Origin: Octopus sinensis
Lineage: Eukaryota
Direction of reading: 5' to 3'
NCBI RefSeq assembly: GCF_006345805.1
Contig: NC_043019.1
Span: forward strand, 25,171,360-25,235,359
Length of the DNA stretch: 64,000 nucleotides
Both the position numbers and the translations under genes were made by a program. This document shows positions 51,049 through 63,688 of this stretch, piece by piece. Below the pieces are notes generated by a model that worked only from the letters and a program-made list of their open reading frames with translations, did not search any database and was not told where the DNA came from. Position 1 is the first letter of the stretch. Every line of letters starts with the position of its first letter.

Positions 51049-51468
51049 GGCGCAGGGGTGGCTGTGTGGTAAGTAGCTTGTTTACCAAACACATGGTTCC
51101 GGGTTCAGTCCCACTGCGTGGCATCTTGGGCAAGTGTCTTCTACTATAGCCCCGGGCCGACCAATGCCTTGTGAGTGGATTTGGTAGACGGAAACTGAAA
51201 GAAGCCTGTCGTATATATGTATATATATATATGTATGTGTGTGTGTCTATTTGTGTGTCTGAGTTTGTCCCCCTAGCATTGTTTGACAATAGATGCTGGT
51301 GTGTTTACGTCCCCGTCACTTAGCGGTTCGGCAAAAGAGACCGATAGAATAAGTACTGGGCTTACAAAGAATATGTCCCGGGGTCGATTTGCTCGACTAA
51401 AGGCGGTGCTCCAGCATGGCCGCAGTCACATGACTGAAACAAGTAAAAGAGTAAAGAGTAAAAGAGTA
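51049..51468 (+). mobile_element. SINE family A, full length
   Basis: Near-consensus. Confidence 0.92.
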
Positions 51469-52471
51469 ATATATCTGGAAACTAGGAAGAGTCCGTAAGT
51501 CGAAAAGTTCATAATGGTTCAAATGTAGATTGGTACATTCTAGGAAGAGGTAGAAAAGAAGTCCATAGTATTTGTTATGACTAAAGTAAGTATGTAAATC
51601 AATAGTGTCACTGGTGAGAAACTTGCAATTGATGGGAAAAAAAAGATGTGTAGGTAATACTTTACAGCTGTTTCTAGAATAGTTATATGTTTGGTGCAGA
51701 TCTATTCATATTGTCCACAATGCAAAAGGTTACATACAACTTATTCAATTGTCAGAAAAAGAATGTCTATAGTGGCAAGGAAAATAGAATGTCTGACTAG
51801 AGAGGCAGACATATTAACTACCTAGTTGTGTATATATGTGTGTATAAATAGGTGCAAGCATAGTTGTGTGATAAAGGAGTTTGCTTCCAAATGACATGGC
51901 TTCTGCCTCACTTTCACCTTGTGGAATCTTGAGCAAGTGTATTCCATTATAGCCCCAGATCAACCAAAGTATTTTAGAGTGGATTTGGTAGAGGGGAACT
52001 TAGGGAAGCTTGCTGTATGTATGTAATTAGTGTATGTTTGTATCTTTATGTCTTGACATTATGTAATTATTGTGAATGAGCTTCACTGTTATGCAGACTT
52101 TGTCCTTCATTTCCAATCTTTTGTGAAAGCCTTTCTGTGAAATATTCTCTTGCTTAGAAATGGGTGAATTGTTGGTGAAGGGAAGAGCATCCTGCAGTAA
52201 AAAATCTGCTTCAATGAATTCCATCTCACTCATGTAAACAAGGAGAAATGGATGTTAAAACAATGATAAGGGAATGTGTGTGTGTGTGTGTGTGTATGTG
52301 TTTTCTGTTTGTGTATGTGTGTGTGTGTATACATATGAGAGAGAGAGAGGAGGATGCATGTATTTGTGTGTGTATATATATGGATGTGTGTATACATATA
52401 GACATATGTATGTGTATATATGTGCATGTATGTATGTGTATATATATTTTGAAACATATGAATATGTGCAT

Positions 52472-52511
<40 letters not shown>

Positions 52512-52606
52512 TTGTGTATTGTATTTATACATTGGGTAGTCATTCAACTGGTCATCTTGTGTCCTTGTGGTGCACCAGTGACTCAGTTGTTCCTCTTGTG
52601 TTTCAG

Positions 52607-52664
52607 TGACCCAGCTGGTCGTCTTGCGGTCCTTCAGGGACTCAGCTGGTCTTATCACATCTCG
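52607..52664 (+). other. Candidate 58-nt exon within a degenerate ~30-bp tandem repeat
   Basis: TTCCTCTTGTGTTTCAG|TGACCC...ATCTCG|GTGAGT. Confidence 0.35.
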
Positions 52665-53699
52665 GTGAGTCAATCATCTGAATACATGATGCCAAAGTCT
52701 AAGAAACTGTGAGAAAGTATATAAAGAACTGTTCTAAATTGAGACTTCATCCAAGAACTCCCGTTGAGTCATTATGGGAATTACGCAGGTGGAACAGTTT
52801 TTTGACAATTCTTGTTGTTGTTGTTGTCGTTGCTGTTGCTATTTTTAATGGTTCTGTTTGATTGTGGCAGTTTTCTTTTTAAAGATATTAATTGAATGAA
52901 CCTTTTTTGGTTCTTGGTAGTGGTGGTGGTGGTGGTGGTGGTGGTAGTAATAGTAGTAGTAGTGGTTATTGTGATAGGAGTGGTGGTCATGTTGATGGTA
53001 GTGGAAATGTTGATTGCAATTATAGTGAAGTTGGTTGTGTATTAGTGGTGGTAGTGTTGTTGGTGTTTGGTGGTGGTGGTGGTAATATGACTGGTGGTGT
53101 TTACGATAATGGTGGTGTTACTGTTTAACCCCAGGTCTGTTATGATTGAACACCATACTTATGAACGAAGAAGACATTCCAACTTTGCCCATCCTGGTTC
53201 TTTTTTAAGGGTTTTCATCAAAGGAAAAATGTGAGGAAATTTAGCTGCTATTGCTTGCAGGGTGCACAACCATATAGAGGTCCTGTGGTTAGTTTTGGTG
53301 TTGATGATAGTATAGGTAGTGGTATTGTTGGTGGTAGAGAAAATGTGAGAAGCTGTAGTTGAAAGTACAGCACACACCACCATTGTCACAACCGCCACTG
53401 CCACCACTTCCACCATCGTCACCATTGTTGCTGCCACCACCACCACCACCACCACCGCATCTGCTGGCTACCACTAACACCACAACACCTTTGTCATCAC
53501 CACCACCATTGTAGTAACTGCCTCTATAGCTACCACCACTGTTACCACCACCACCACCACCACCCTCACCATAGACTATATTAGTCACATCACCCCAGTG
53601 AATACATTGGAATGTGTTGATATAATTATTTTAATACATTTCTTGAAACTAATCCTGCAAAAAAAAAAAAAGAACAAAAAAATCTTCACAGCTCAAACA

Positions 53700-53745
<46 letters not shown>

Positions 53746-55026
53746 TTGAGGATTTCTGAAATTTTCTTCAGGTTGCTGGGAAAGGGGTGGGGGGTGTACT
53801 ACTTTAGTTTTGCTTTGGTCTTTTTACTTTCTTCTTTCAATACTGTTCCTTCCTTCCTTTCTTTCTTTCTTTCCTCCTCTCTTTCTCTCTCTCTTTTTCT
53901 TCCTACCCCACCCCTCTCTCCAATACAATGTATTCCTTTTTACTTTTCATTTCATCTAATTTCTCCGTTTTCTTCCATTCCGGTCTTTGCATAAACCAAT
54001 TCCTCATCTTTTTCTATCTTTTTTTTTTGTTTGTTTGTTTGTTTTGTTTTTACCCTTCCGTCTCCATCATCATCATCATCATCATGACCAGTATCATTGT
54101 CATAACCACCACAATGATTATCATGCTTCTCCCCCCACCCACCCTACACCTTCCTACTATTTCTATAATGCAACAAATTTCTTCTAAAATCAATAAAGCT
54201 GGTGTGAATCACACTTCTGGCATTTGGTTGTGATGTTATTACAACAACAACAACACAACAACAACAACTGCTAATATAGACACAAGGTATGATATTTGAG
54301 GGGAGGGGGACTTTTGGTTATCTTGACCTAAGTGGGATTTGAACTCAGAACGTGAAGAGTGACAAAATGCTTCTAAGTGTTTTGCCCAGCATGGTGACGA
54401 TTCTGCTAACTTTCCTCTTTTAATCCTTTCTACTAAAGGCACAAGGCCTGAAATTCGAGTGGGGGACTAGTCGATTACATCGACCCCAGTTCTTGTCTGG
54501 GAATTATTTTATTGACCCTGAAAGGATGAAAAGCAAAATCAACCTCGGTGGAATCTGAACTCAGAATGTAAAGATGGATGAACCTGAAGCCATGTGGTTG
54601 GGAAGCAAGCTTCTTTACCACACAGACACATGAAAAATAAAAATATTTCTGTAAATTTCTGAGAAAAAAGGATAAATAAGTTTTTCACTTGTTGTTAAGA
54701 GTAATCAATTAATTACCTCATCAGTTATGTTGTATTAAAGTATATCCTCCAATACGTTGATTAAAAGCTAATCCTTGTTTTGGTAAATCCAATATATTCA
54801 TAGTAATAGTGCTTATCTGTGTGTATTCTGCAGTGTCAAGTGGATGAGAGGTAAACCACCTCCTGGATGAGCGCACTAGTTTTTATCATAACAGGAAGAA
54901 GAGTTGTATTCAATGCAACAAGTTAACAATCCTCTTGTCTATGACCACTTGTTACTGTACTAAACTGTACACCCCTTGTGGTACCTACTTACAGCTAGGA
55001 TGACTGAGCTGTTTATTAACAGTTAA

Positions 55027-55431
55027 ACCTTTAGCATTCAGATTATTCTGTCAAATGTTATGCTTATATATATTCTCATTATTTTGAATTAATCAAACCA
55101 AGTTTGACTTGGTCTTTTATCGTTTTGGGAGTCAATAAAATAAGTACCAGTTGCACACTGGGGTTGATGTAATTTCAGGAGAAGGGGATTGATGTAATCG
55201 ACTTACCACTTCCCCCCAAATTTCTGGCCTTGTGCCAAAATGTGAAACCCTCATTTTGAATTAATCATGCATTATCTTGTACCCTTCGTTATTTCAATGA
55301 TGTGATTATTGTGATTATTTGCTTTTAGAATGACATGCTAGGGGTCAGTGTGTGGAATCAGACCTGGCTGGTTTGAGCTTAAAATGGATGGAATATTTGG
55401 GCCAGATATGGTCTGTTTAAATGCTAAAGAG
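55027..55431. mobile_element. piggyBac-like MITE with nested SINE B remnant (partial sister copy ~44197-44350)
   Basis: TTAA|ACCTTTAGCATT ... AATGCTAAAGAG|TTAA. Confidence 0.7.
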
Positions 55432-55584
55432 TTAAGTACCGGGATGTCTTGATATACGAGTTTATTTGTTCCTGGAGATCGTTTGTAAAGTGAAAACTCA
55501 TAAAGCAGAGCAATGATTTCCCATTGCAGCAATGAAATTTTATGCTGTCATTTTGCTGTCGCTGTGTAGACATGTCAAAACAAG

Positions 55585-55770
55585 TGTTGCCACATGTTGT
55601 GACGTTGCTACATGTTGCTATGCTGCAACATGTGGTGTCACCACATGCCGTGATGTTGCCACATGTGGTGTTGCAACATGTTGCACCATTGCAACATGTT
55701 GCAGTATTGCTACATGTTGCAGCATTGCTACATGCGGCAATGTTTTCACATGTTGCAACATTGCCACACA
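55585..55770. repeat. Quasi-palindromic 15/18-bp minisatellite
   Basis: Unit ~TGTTGCAGCATTGCTACA; open frames on both strands. Confidence 0.85.
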
Positions 55771-56723
55771 CGCAAAATGGTTTAACCTTTTTATATGTAT
55801 TATAAAATAAAACTCAGAAACAGAGGGTCTCACAAAGCGGGACCTCGTGAAGCAAGATATTACTGTATCTCAACCATGAACATATTGTAAACCTCTATTT
55901 ACAGCCAGGTAGACTTGGCTACAGGCAATTAGCCATTTTGGCCATGGACATAGCATAATAAAGTATGATGATGATGATGATAATGTCTATGTAGTGCCTG
56001 GTAAACATGTAGACCACTGGTGGATTACGTCAGGTTTTAATAACTACTTATTAGATTAGAGACAGTTAAGTATCTTGATTAAGGACATAACACAATGAAC
56101 TAAATCATGAGACCTGCATACAGGTGTGTAGACTGCTTATGGGTGCCGTGCAGTGGACTGCCAAGTCAACTTACTGTACCTATGTACCTGGTTGATGACA
56201 GTTAAGTGTCTTGACCAAGGGGTGTACTTTACTACAATGGCTACCTGCAATCAACTGGGTTTATGGGATTGTTAAATGCCATGGCTGCAGATATAATGTG
56301 ATTTCATTGATCTGCTAGAAACTACCGATTCCTTGGTTGTCTGCGACCCTGTTGATTCAGCAGACTGTATTCTCCAAATAGAATGAGAGAGTTTAGTGCA
56401 GCTGTTTGGATATGCACAATTTGGCACAGCTGACTGGACTCTCAGCTTGTTTTGGCATCAGCAACTTTCAGTACTGGAGGCAAACACACATGCACACACA
56501 CGCATGCACACAAAAATAGACACTTACAAATAGAGAGAGAGAGAGAGACTTTGAGACATTACAATTTATTGATTGAACCCAATTGACGTAAACTCTTTTA
56601 CTCTCTTCATACACATAAAAAGAAATGTGCCTTTGCAAAGAAACTGAGTGAGAAGGAAGGAGAGAATGATGGAAATATTGAAACTTCTGGTATCAAAAAG
56701 TATCAAGTCAGCAATGCCAAACC

Positions 56724-57131
56724 TATTTCTTTACTACCCACAAAGGGACTAAACATAAGGGGACAAACAAGGACAGACATAGGTATTAAGTCGATTACAT
56801 CGACCCCAGTGCGTAACTGGTACTTAATTTATTGACCCATGGAAGGGTGAAAGGCAAAGTCGACCTCGGCGGAATTTGAACTCAGAACATAACGGCAGAC
56901 GAAATACCTATTTCTTTACTACCCACAAGAGGCTAAACATAGAGGGGACAAACAAGGACAGACATAGGTATTTAGTCGATTACATCGACCCCTGTGTGTA
57001 ACTGGTACTTAATTTATCGACCCCGGAAGGATGAAAGGCGAAGTTGACCTCGGCGGAATTTGAACTCAGCATGTAACGGCAAACGAAATACCGCTAAGCA
57101 TTTCGCCCGACACGCTAAACATTTCGCCCGG
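56724..57131 (-). mobile_element. SINE family B, dimeric form
   Basis: Junction GGCAGACGAAATACCTATTTCTTT. Confidence 0.9.
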
Positions 57132-57630
57132 CCAACAGTGCCAAAATGCTTCCTCTATTTCTCCAAATATATCAGATGGTGGCAAAATGGGTCATGAATA
57201 AAAATGGCAATTCCAATGATGCAAATCCCAGTTTCAAAACTCCAGTGTTTCGTTGTGTGATATAAGAACCTTCATCCTCTGTTCTTTATTGAGCTCTTGG
57301 GAATGGTAGGTTGTAAAGGATCTTCTGGAAATCAACACCTATACAAGACATGGAAGAGACTTCATTTCACATCCAGTTAACACGATGAAAATAGATTTGG
57401 TGCGGAAGTAAGCTCTCATCCTTAAATAGTATCTCTGAAGGCATCTTATATAAGATTTACTATATATATCTTTTATCTTTTACTTGTTTCAGTCATATAA
57501 CTGTGCCCATGCTGAGCACTGTCTAGAAGGATTTTACTTGAGGGAATCGACCCCAATACATAGTTTAATTTTTTAAAGTTTGGTACTTATTCTATTGGTC
57601 TCTTACAAACACAGACACAAAGACACACAG

Positions 57631-57670
<40 letters not shown>

Positions 57671-58185
57671 TCATCATCATCATTTAATGTCTGCCGTCCA
57701 TGCTGGCATGGGTGGGGTGGTTTGGCAAGAGCCAGCCAGGTGGAAGCCTGCACCAGACTTCTGTGACTGTTTTGGCTGGATTTTTACAGCTGGATGCTCT
57801 TCCTTACACCAACCACCTGGCAGGGTGGACTGAGTGCTTTTTAAGTGGCATAAGTTCATGTGAGGTCAGTTTTGGCAAGGTTTTTATAGCTGGATGCCCT
57901 TCCAAATGCTAACCACTTTACAGTGTGGACTGGATGCTTTTTAAGTGGCACCTGCACTGACAGGGTGACCGACTACTTGCAAGACAAAGAAAAACTCTTT
58001 TGAGAGGGGAAGGGCCTTTGGAGAAGGTGATTTTGTGTCAGATGGATGAAAGGTTACAGTTAGGCAGAAAGACAGAAATAGGTGTCTTGCTGTAGAGAAG
58101 GTACAAGGCTACCTGGCCAGAGAGAGAGATCAGGAATGAAGATAGAAACAAGCTGCAAAGGAAATACCTGGTTACTCAACCTGAG

Positions 58186-58260
<75 letters not shown>

Positions 58261-58422
58261 GGTGGACTTCTTTCAGTTTCCAGCTATCAAATCCACTCAC
58301 AAGGCTTTGGTCAATCTAAGGCTAAGCTAGAAGACACTTGCTTAAAGTGTCATACAGTGGGACTGAACTTCGCACCATGTGGTTGGCAAGCAAACTTCTT
58401 ACTACTCAGCCATGCCTGCACC

Positions 58423-58460
<38 letters not shown>

Positions 58461-59332
58461 TATTATACATACACAGACATGAATCGTTGAAGATAGATAA
58501 CATTTACAGATAACATATATATCTCATATTCTTTTGTTCTTTTACTTCTTTCAGTCATTTGACTGTGGCCATGCTGGAGCACCATCTTAACATCTTATAC
58601 GTCTTGACTAGAATCATTCTAGTCAAAAGCCTAATGTTAGTGTTATAGTTAGAAAGTGTACCACCCTACCACCATCCCCAGCTTCCCAAACTTATACAGA
58701 CTTTTAAACAACAGACCCCCATCAGAGCATTACCAGGGTGGATTATTTCCCTCCCCTGGCTACCTATGCTACTGCATAACCTTTTTTTTAATTCTTTCTT
58801 TTTCACATTTATGTAAGATGGTTTTGCACTGCTTGTTCCTTTCTGTTACTAATCGCTCAACTGTGGAGTGGAACCTGCTTTGCCTTGTTGCTTCACTGAA
58901 GCCGGATTGAGAAGACTAATGATTAACTCCTTTTTAATGTACAGTATATCTATACTTACATTAACCAATGTAGGTTGTGTTTTGTTAAGGTCAACAGATC
59001 TGGTATGGGAGCAGAACCAACAGACTGCTGGACAAAATAATCTATGGAAATAATAATAATAATGATAATAATAATAATAATCCTTTCTACTAAATGTATA
59101 AGATCTGAAATTTCGGTGAAGGGGACTAGTCGATAACATCGACCCCCAACGTTTCACTGGTACTGAATTTATTGACTCCAAAAAGATGAAATGCAAAGTC
59201 AACCATGACGGAATTTGAACTCAGAATGTAGCAGCAGATGAAAAACCGCTAAGCATTTTGCCCGACATGCTAACGATTCTGCCAGCTCACTGCCTTAATA
59301 ATATAATAATAATGATAATGATAATGATAATT

Positions 59333-59558
59333 AATTCGTTTTATTGGCCACAAGGGCTGACAAAAATCAATTAGAAACATTTAGGGACAAAACAGGACGA
59401 AATGTTACAAAGGGTTTTGTCCATTTGAAAAAATCCATGTAAAAATTCAGAGATAACAACGAAATATTTAACAATTAAAACTCCCAATAGGGGGAGGCGC
59501 TTCGAAAGGTTACTTGTGGAAAAACCCATAAAAGCCACGGGAGCCTGGTCAAAAGGTG
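59333..59558 (-). mobile_element. Probable LINE 3' UTR fragment
   Basis: Minus strand ends TTTGTCCCTAAATG..CAGCCCTTGTGGCCAATAAAACGAATTAATT into (ATT)n. Confidence 0.5.
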
Positions 59559-60926
59559 GGTAGTAATAATAATCTTTTCTATTATAGGCATAAGACCTGA
59601 AATTTGGGGAAAGAGAGTAAGGTGATTACATCCACCCCTCCCGCCCAACATGACTGGTATTATTTTATTGATCCCAAAAGGATGAAAGGCAAAGTTTACC
59701 TCAGTGGAATTTGAGCTCAGAATGTAACGAGCTGAAAGAAAATCCACTTAGCACTTTGCCCAGTGTGCCCACAATTCTGCCAGTTACAGCCTTAATAATA
59801 ATAATAATAATGATACTGATAATAATAATTTTGGCACAAGGCTAGTAATTATGATGGGAAGGAGCAAGTGAATTATACCCACCCCTGACTACTTTATTGG
59901 TACTTTATTTTATTGATCCCAGGAGGATGAGCAACAAAGTTGACCCCAGTGAGATTTGAACTTTGAGTATAGTGAGCGCGATGAAATTTTGCAAAGCATT
60001 TTGTGTGGCATGGTGATGGTTTTTTTTTTTTTTCCAAAAAAAAAAAAAATGCACTTTTAATAGTAGGTTCAATTGTTGAACTAAAACTGTAATAAAACCT
60101 CTCTGGTTTTGAAGGAGGTTGGTACTTAAGGGAAAGTGAGAACAGGAAGGAAATTCAATAAATAAAATGAAAAAATAAAAACTGCAAAATACCAAAAAAA
60201 AAAAAAAAAGGAAGAAAAGGCCTTATTGAAGTGTACAGTTACATAGGATATTGCAAATGGAAGCTACCTCAACACCTTAGCTTGCGTTTCACCATTCCTT
60301 TTTCTCTAATTTTGTCTGTGGAATTAGTTCTCTCTGCCTGATTGAGAGAACTTGATAAATGGTAAAGGAACAGGATTGAAGCTGAAAGTGAGGTGGGAAC
60401 TGAAGAAATAAAGCTTGATGTAGTGGGAAAAGTACGGAAGAGATTTAACCCCCCCCCCAAAAAAAAAAAAAAACAAAATGAAATGAAAGCTAATGTCTGC
60501 TCTCAACATATTAGTAATCTTTTAATGAAATAAATGTTCTGACTCATGTAATTTTTCACTCAGAACATTTTGTGTTGAGTTGCATGGTTTATTATCTTCT
60601 GCACTTATCAACTCAACTGCTTCATCTAGCCTCTTCTATTCTTCTCATCTCTACTTCATCAAGTATATTTTCTAGATTTGCAGCCATTGCCTACAGACAT
60701 GGCTTCTCTCTATGCCCCCCCCCCCTCTCTCTCTCTCTCTCTTGGCAGTGATGATGTTAGCTGTTTGCTGTAAGAACAGCCAAGATCTGATAACATATCA
60801 TTCTGGATTATCTCTTGTCAACTTATTCAACATTTCATGCAACGATTAACTCCCGAAATTTTGCTCAAGTTATTTCGTCTGACAGAATGTTTGATAATCA
60901 TTTCCTCCTCCTCCTCCTCCTCCTCC

Positions 60927-60960
<34 letters not shown>

Positions 60961-60987
60961 ACAAAAATTTAAAAAACAAACCCCAAC

Positions 60988-61226
60988 TGAAAGAAGCCTG
61001 TCATATGTATATGTGTGTGTGTATGTGTTTGTGTTTGTCCCTCCACCATCGCTTCACAACCGATGTTGGTGTGTTTGCATCCCCATAACTTAGCAGTTCG
61101 GCAAAAGAGAACGATAGAGTAAGTACTAGGCTTACAAAGAATAAGTCCTGGGGTCAATTTGTTCGACTAAAAGCAGTGTTCCAGCGTGGCCGCAGTCAAA
61201 TGACTGAAACAAGTAAAAGAATAAAA

Positions 61227-61229
<3 letters not shown>
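60988..61229 (+). mobile_element. SINE family A, 5'-truncated
   Basis: AACTGAAAGAAGCC through tail. Confidence 0.85.
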
Positions 61230-61274
<45 letters not shown>

Positions 61275-62087
61275 GTACAAAAATAAACCTGTTTATTCTT
61301 TTCAGTGTGTTATGAGGATAGAGGAGGGAAGATTGATTTCTTGTGAGGGACACCCTTGGTTAATTTAAAGTACAAGAGAACAACAGTCTTGTTCCAAGTT
61401 CACCTGTTCTTTCTGGGTATGGGACATCTTGGCATAGCTGTTTCGACACCACCTATTTTGTGTAGTTGACTCGTTGTTGTCTTATTTGATGTCAGATGTT
61501 TTAATGCTTCCTTCATTCTCTCTGCTCTCTCTCTCTCTATGTGTGTCTTACAAAAAGGATACATTAGATAATGTGGTTTGAGATACACTATGCCTTGTCA
61601 AGTTAAGACACTGGTCATATCTTGAACGTCTTTGGTTATAAGTCTACCATTTGATAGCTGTGGTAGTGTTAAGCCACCAACAGCACTACTATCACTATCG
61701 ACAACAAGCAAAGGGAGCTCAAAATGCTAGAAATAGCAACCAAATCTGGTAAATAAAGAAAGGACATCATAGATATTGCCACAAATCTCTAAAACGAATG
61801 GATATTACTGCCAAAATACCTTTGGTCATAGATTTGCTCAAACCCTAACCCTAACCAACACCGACAACAACATTGCCAAAACTAAAAGAACCAATTGAGG
61901 AAGCTCTTCACCAGGTATGGGCAACCTTGTTTTTGAGAAGTTGGTTTTATGAGGCATGGCTCATCAGGTGAGCTGCTCTATTAAAGAATATTCAAGGTAA
62001 TTTTCTTATCAGATGGTGCCATTCAGAAAGTTCCATGGGCCATAGGTAAAACCATGGCCAGTTTTTCTACTCAATGAGTGTTAGAAA

Positions 62088-62445
62088 TCATCATCATCAT
62101 CATCGTTTAACGTCCGCTTTCCATGCTAGCATGGGTTGGACGATTTGACTGAGGGCTGGCGAACCAGATGGCTGCACCAGTCTCCAATCTTGATCTGGTA
62201 GAATTTCTACAGCTGGATGTCCTTCCTAACGCCAACCACTCCGAGAGTGTAGTGGGTGCTTTTATGTGCCACCAGAATGGGGGGCCAGTCAGGCAGTACT
62301 GGCAACGGCCACGCTCAAATGTTTTTACACATACCACTGGCACAAGTGCCAGTAAGGCGACGCTGGTAAAGATCACGCTCGAATGGTGCTTTTTACATGC
62401 CACCGGCACAGAAGCCAGTTAACCACTCTGGCAACGATCACACTT
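62088..62445 (-). mobile_element. SINE family C variant
   Basis: Same as 47558-48010. Confidence 0.85.
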
Positions 62446-62469
62446 GGATGAAAGCAGTATTGACTTTTT

Positions 62470-63133
62470 GCTTCAGCTAGGAGACTTCTTTCCGCTAATC
62501 TATCTTAAATAGAATATCTTTTGTCTTTAGACTTTCAGAATTCTTGAGAATTTCTTTTAATTGTATCAAAACATTTCACTGTCTGTCTCTTAAATCTTCA
62601 GGTATTAGAAATTATTCCATGACTCTATCATTTGCAAATATTCCCATCAAATTCTTAATATTGCCAATCCAATCATCTTTGCTTATTTTGTTTGTTTTGT
62701 CCGCTGCCACGTCAACTTCATTTCTTTCCAAACAATCGATGCTGTTTTCATTTAATTCTTCAAATTGCACAGTGTTTTCCACTCACCCTTTCTTTGACAC
62801 TCCTCATCTCTTCATTGGTTTCTCTCTGTAAACTTTCTATTTCAACCAATGTCAGCCAATCTCTTCTGAGAATTATACATGCTTAGCTCATTAATTTATT
62901 TTCTGTCAACTCACACGTATCTCTATTTTATCAGTTTCTGAACATTCCACTGCACCAACACCTCTGCCGCCTTCATTCTTCCTAACTTTCAAATAACATT
63001 CCATCAAAGCTCTATAATCCTTCTTAAGCCTTATCTTCAAGCATGACGACTGCACTGAGTGGGTACTGCTTGCTCTAGCGCAGCGCTGCACATTTGCCTG
63101 ATGCAACAGTTTTACATGTGGTTCCACTTCCAT
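62470..63133 (-). pseudogene. Decayed coding-like segment (E/K/N-rich), possibly a retroelement ORF1 remnant
   Basis: Purine-rich minus strand with long protein-like stretches broken by stops; no motif recognised. Confidence 0.3.
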
Positions 63134-63228
63134 TTACATCATTAATGCTGTCTGGTTTAATGTTTAATTCAGTGGCTCTCAACCAAGGTCTACTTGACCC
63201 TTCGGGGTCCAAATAAGATTTTATTGTG

Positions 63229-63484
63229 CTATATTTAAGAGATGAGGAATTATTTACATTATTTACATTTGATGGATATTTGTCCTCATCTTGTTTGTTG
63301 TTAACACAACGTTTCGGCTGATATACCCTCCAGCCTTCTTCAGGTGTCCTGGGGAAATTTCGAACCTGGGTTCTCATTCCTAAGGTATTTTTTGATGATG
63401 TTATTATTATTATCATTATTATTATTGGTCAGGTCACTGCCTGGAATCGAACCCACGGGCATATGGTATAGTGGTTAAGAGCAC
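63229..63484 (-). mobile_element. SINE family E with the best-preserved hammerhead (63303-63348) and an inverted 5' end
   Basis: Minus: GACAC-CTGAAGA-A-GGCTG-GAGGGTATAT-CAGCC-GAAACGTT-GTGTT; truncated at the B box, then inverted head CCCACGGGCATATGGTATAGTGG at 63452-63484. Confidence 0.85.
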
Positions 63485-63655
63485 AGCTTAGCATTTCTTC
63501 CAGCTTTTTTTACATTCTGAGTTCAAATTCTGCTGAGGTTAACTTTGCCTTTCATATTTTTTGGGGTTGATAAAATAAAGTAGAGCAGTGGGGTCAATGG
63601 AATGGATTTTCACTGCCACTAAAATTGCTCTTTGTTTCAAAATTAAAGACAATCA

Positions 63656-63688
<33 letters not shown>

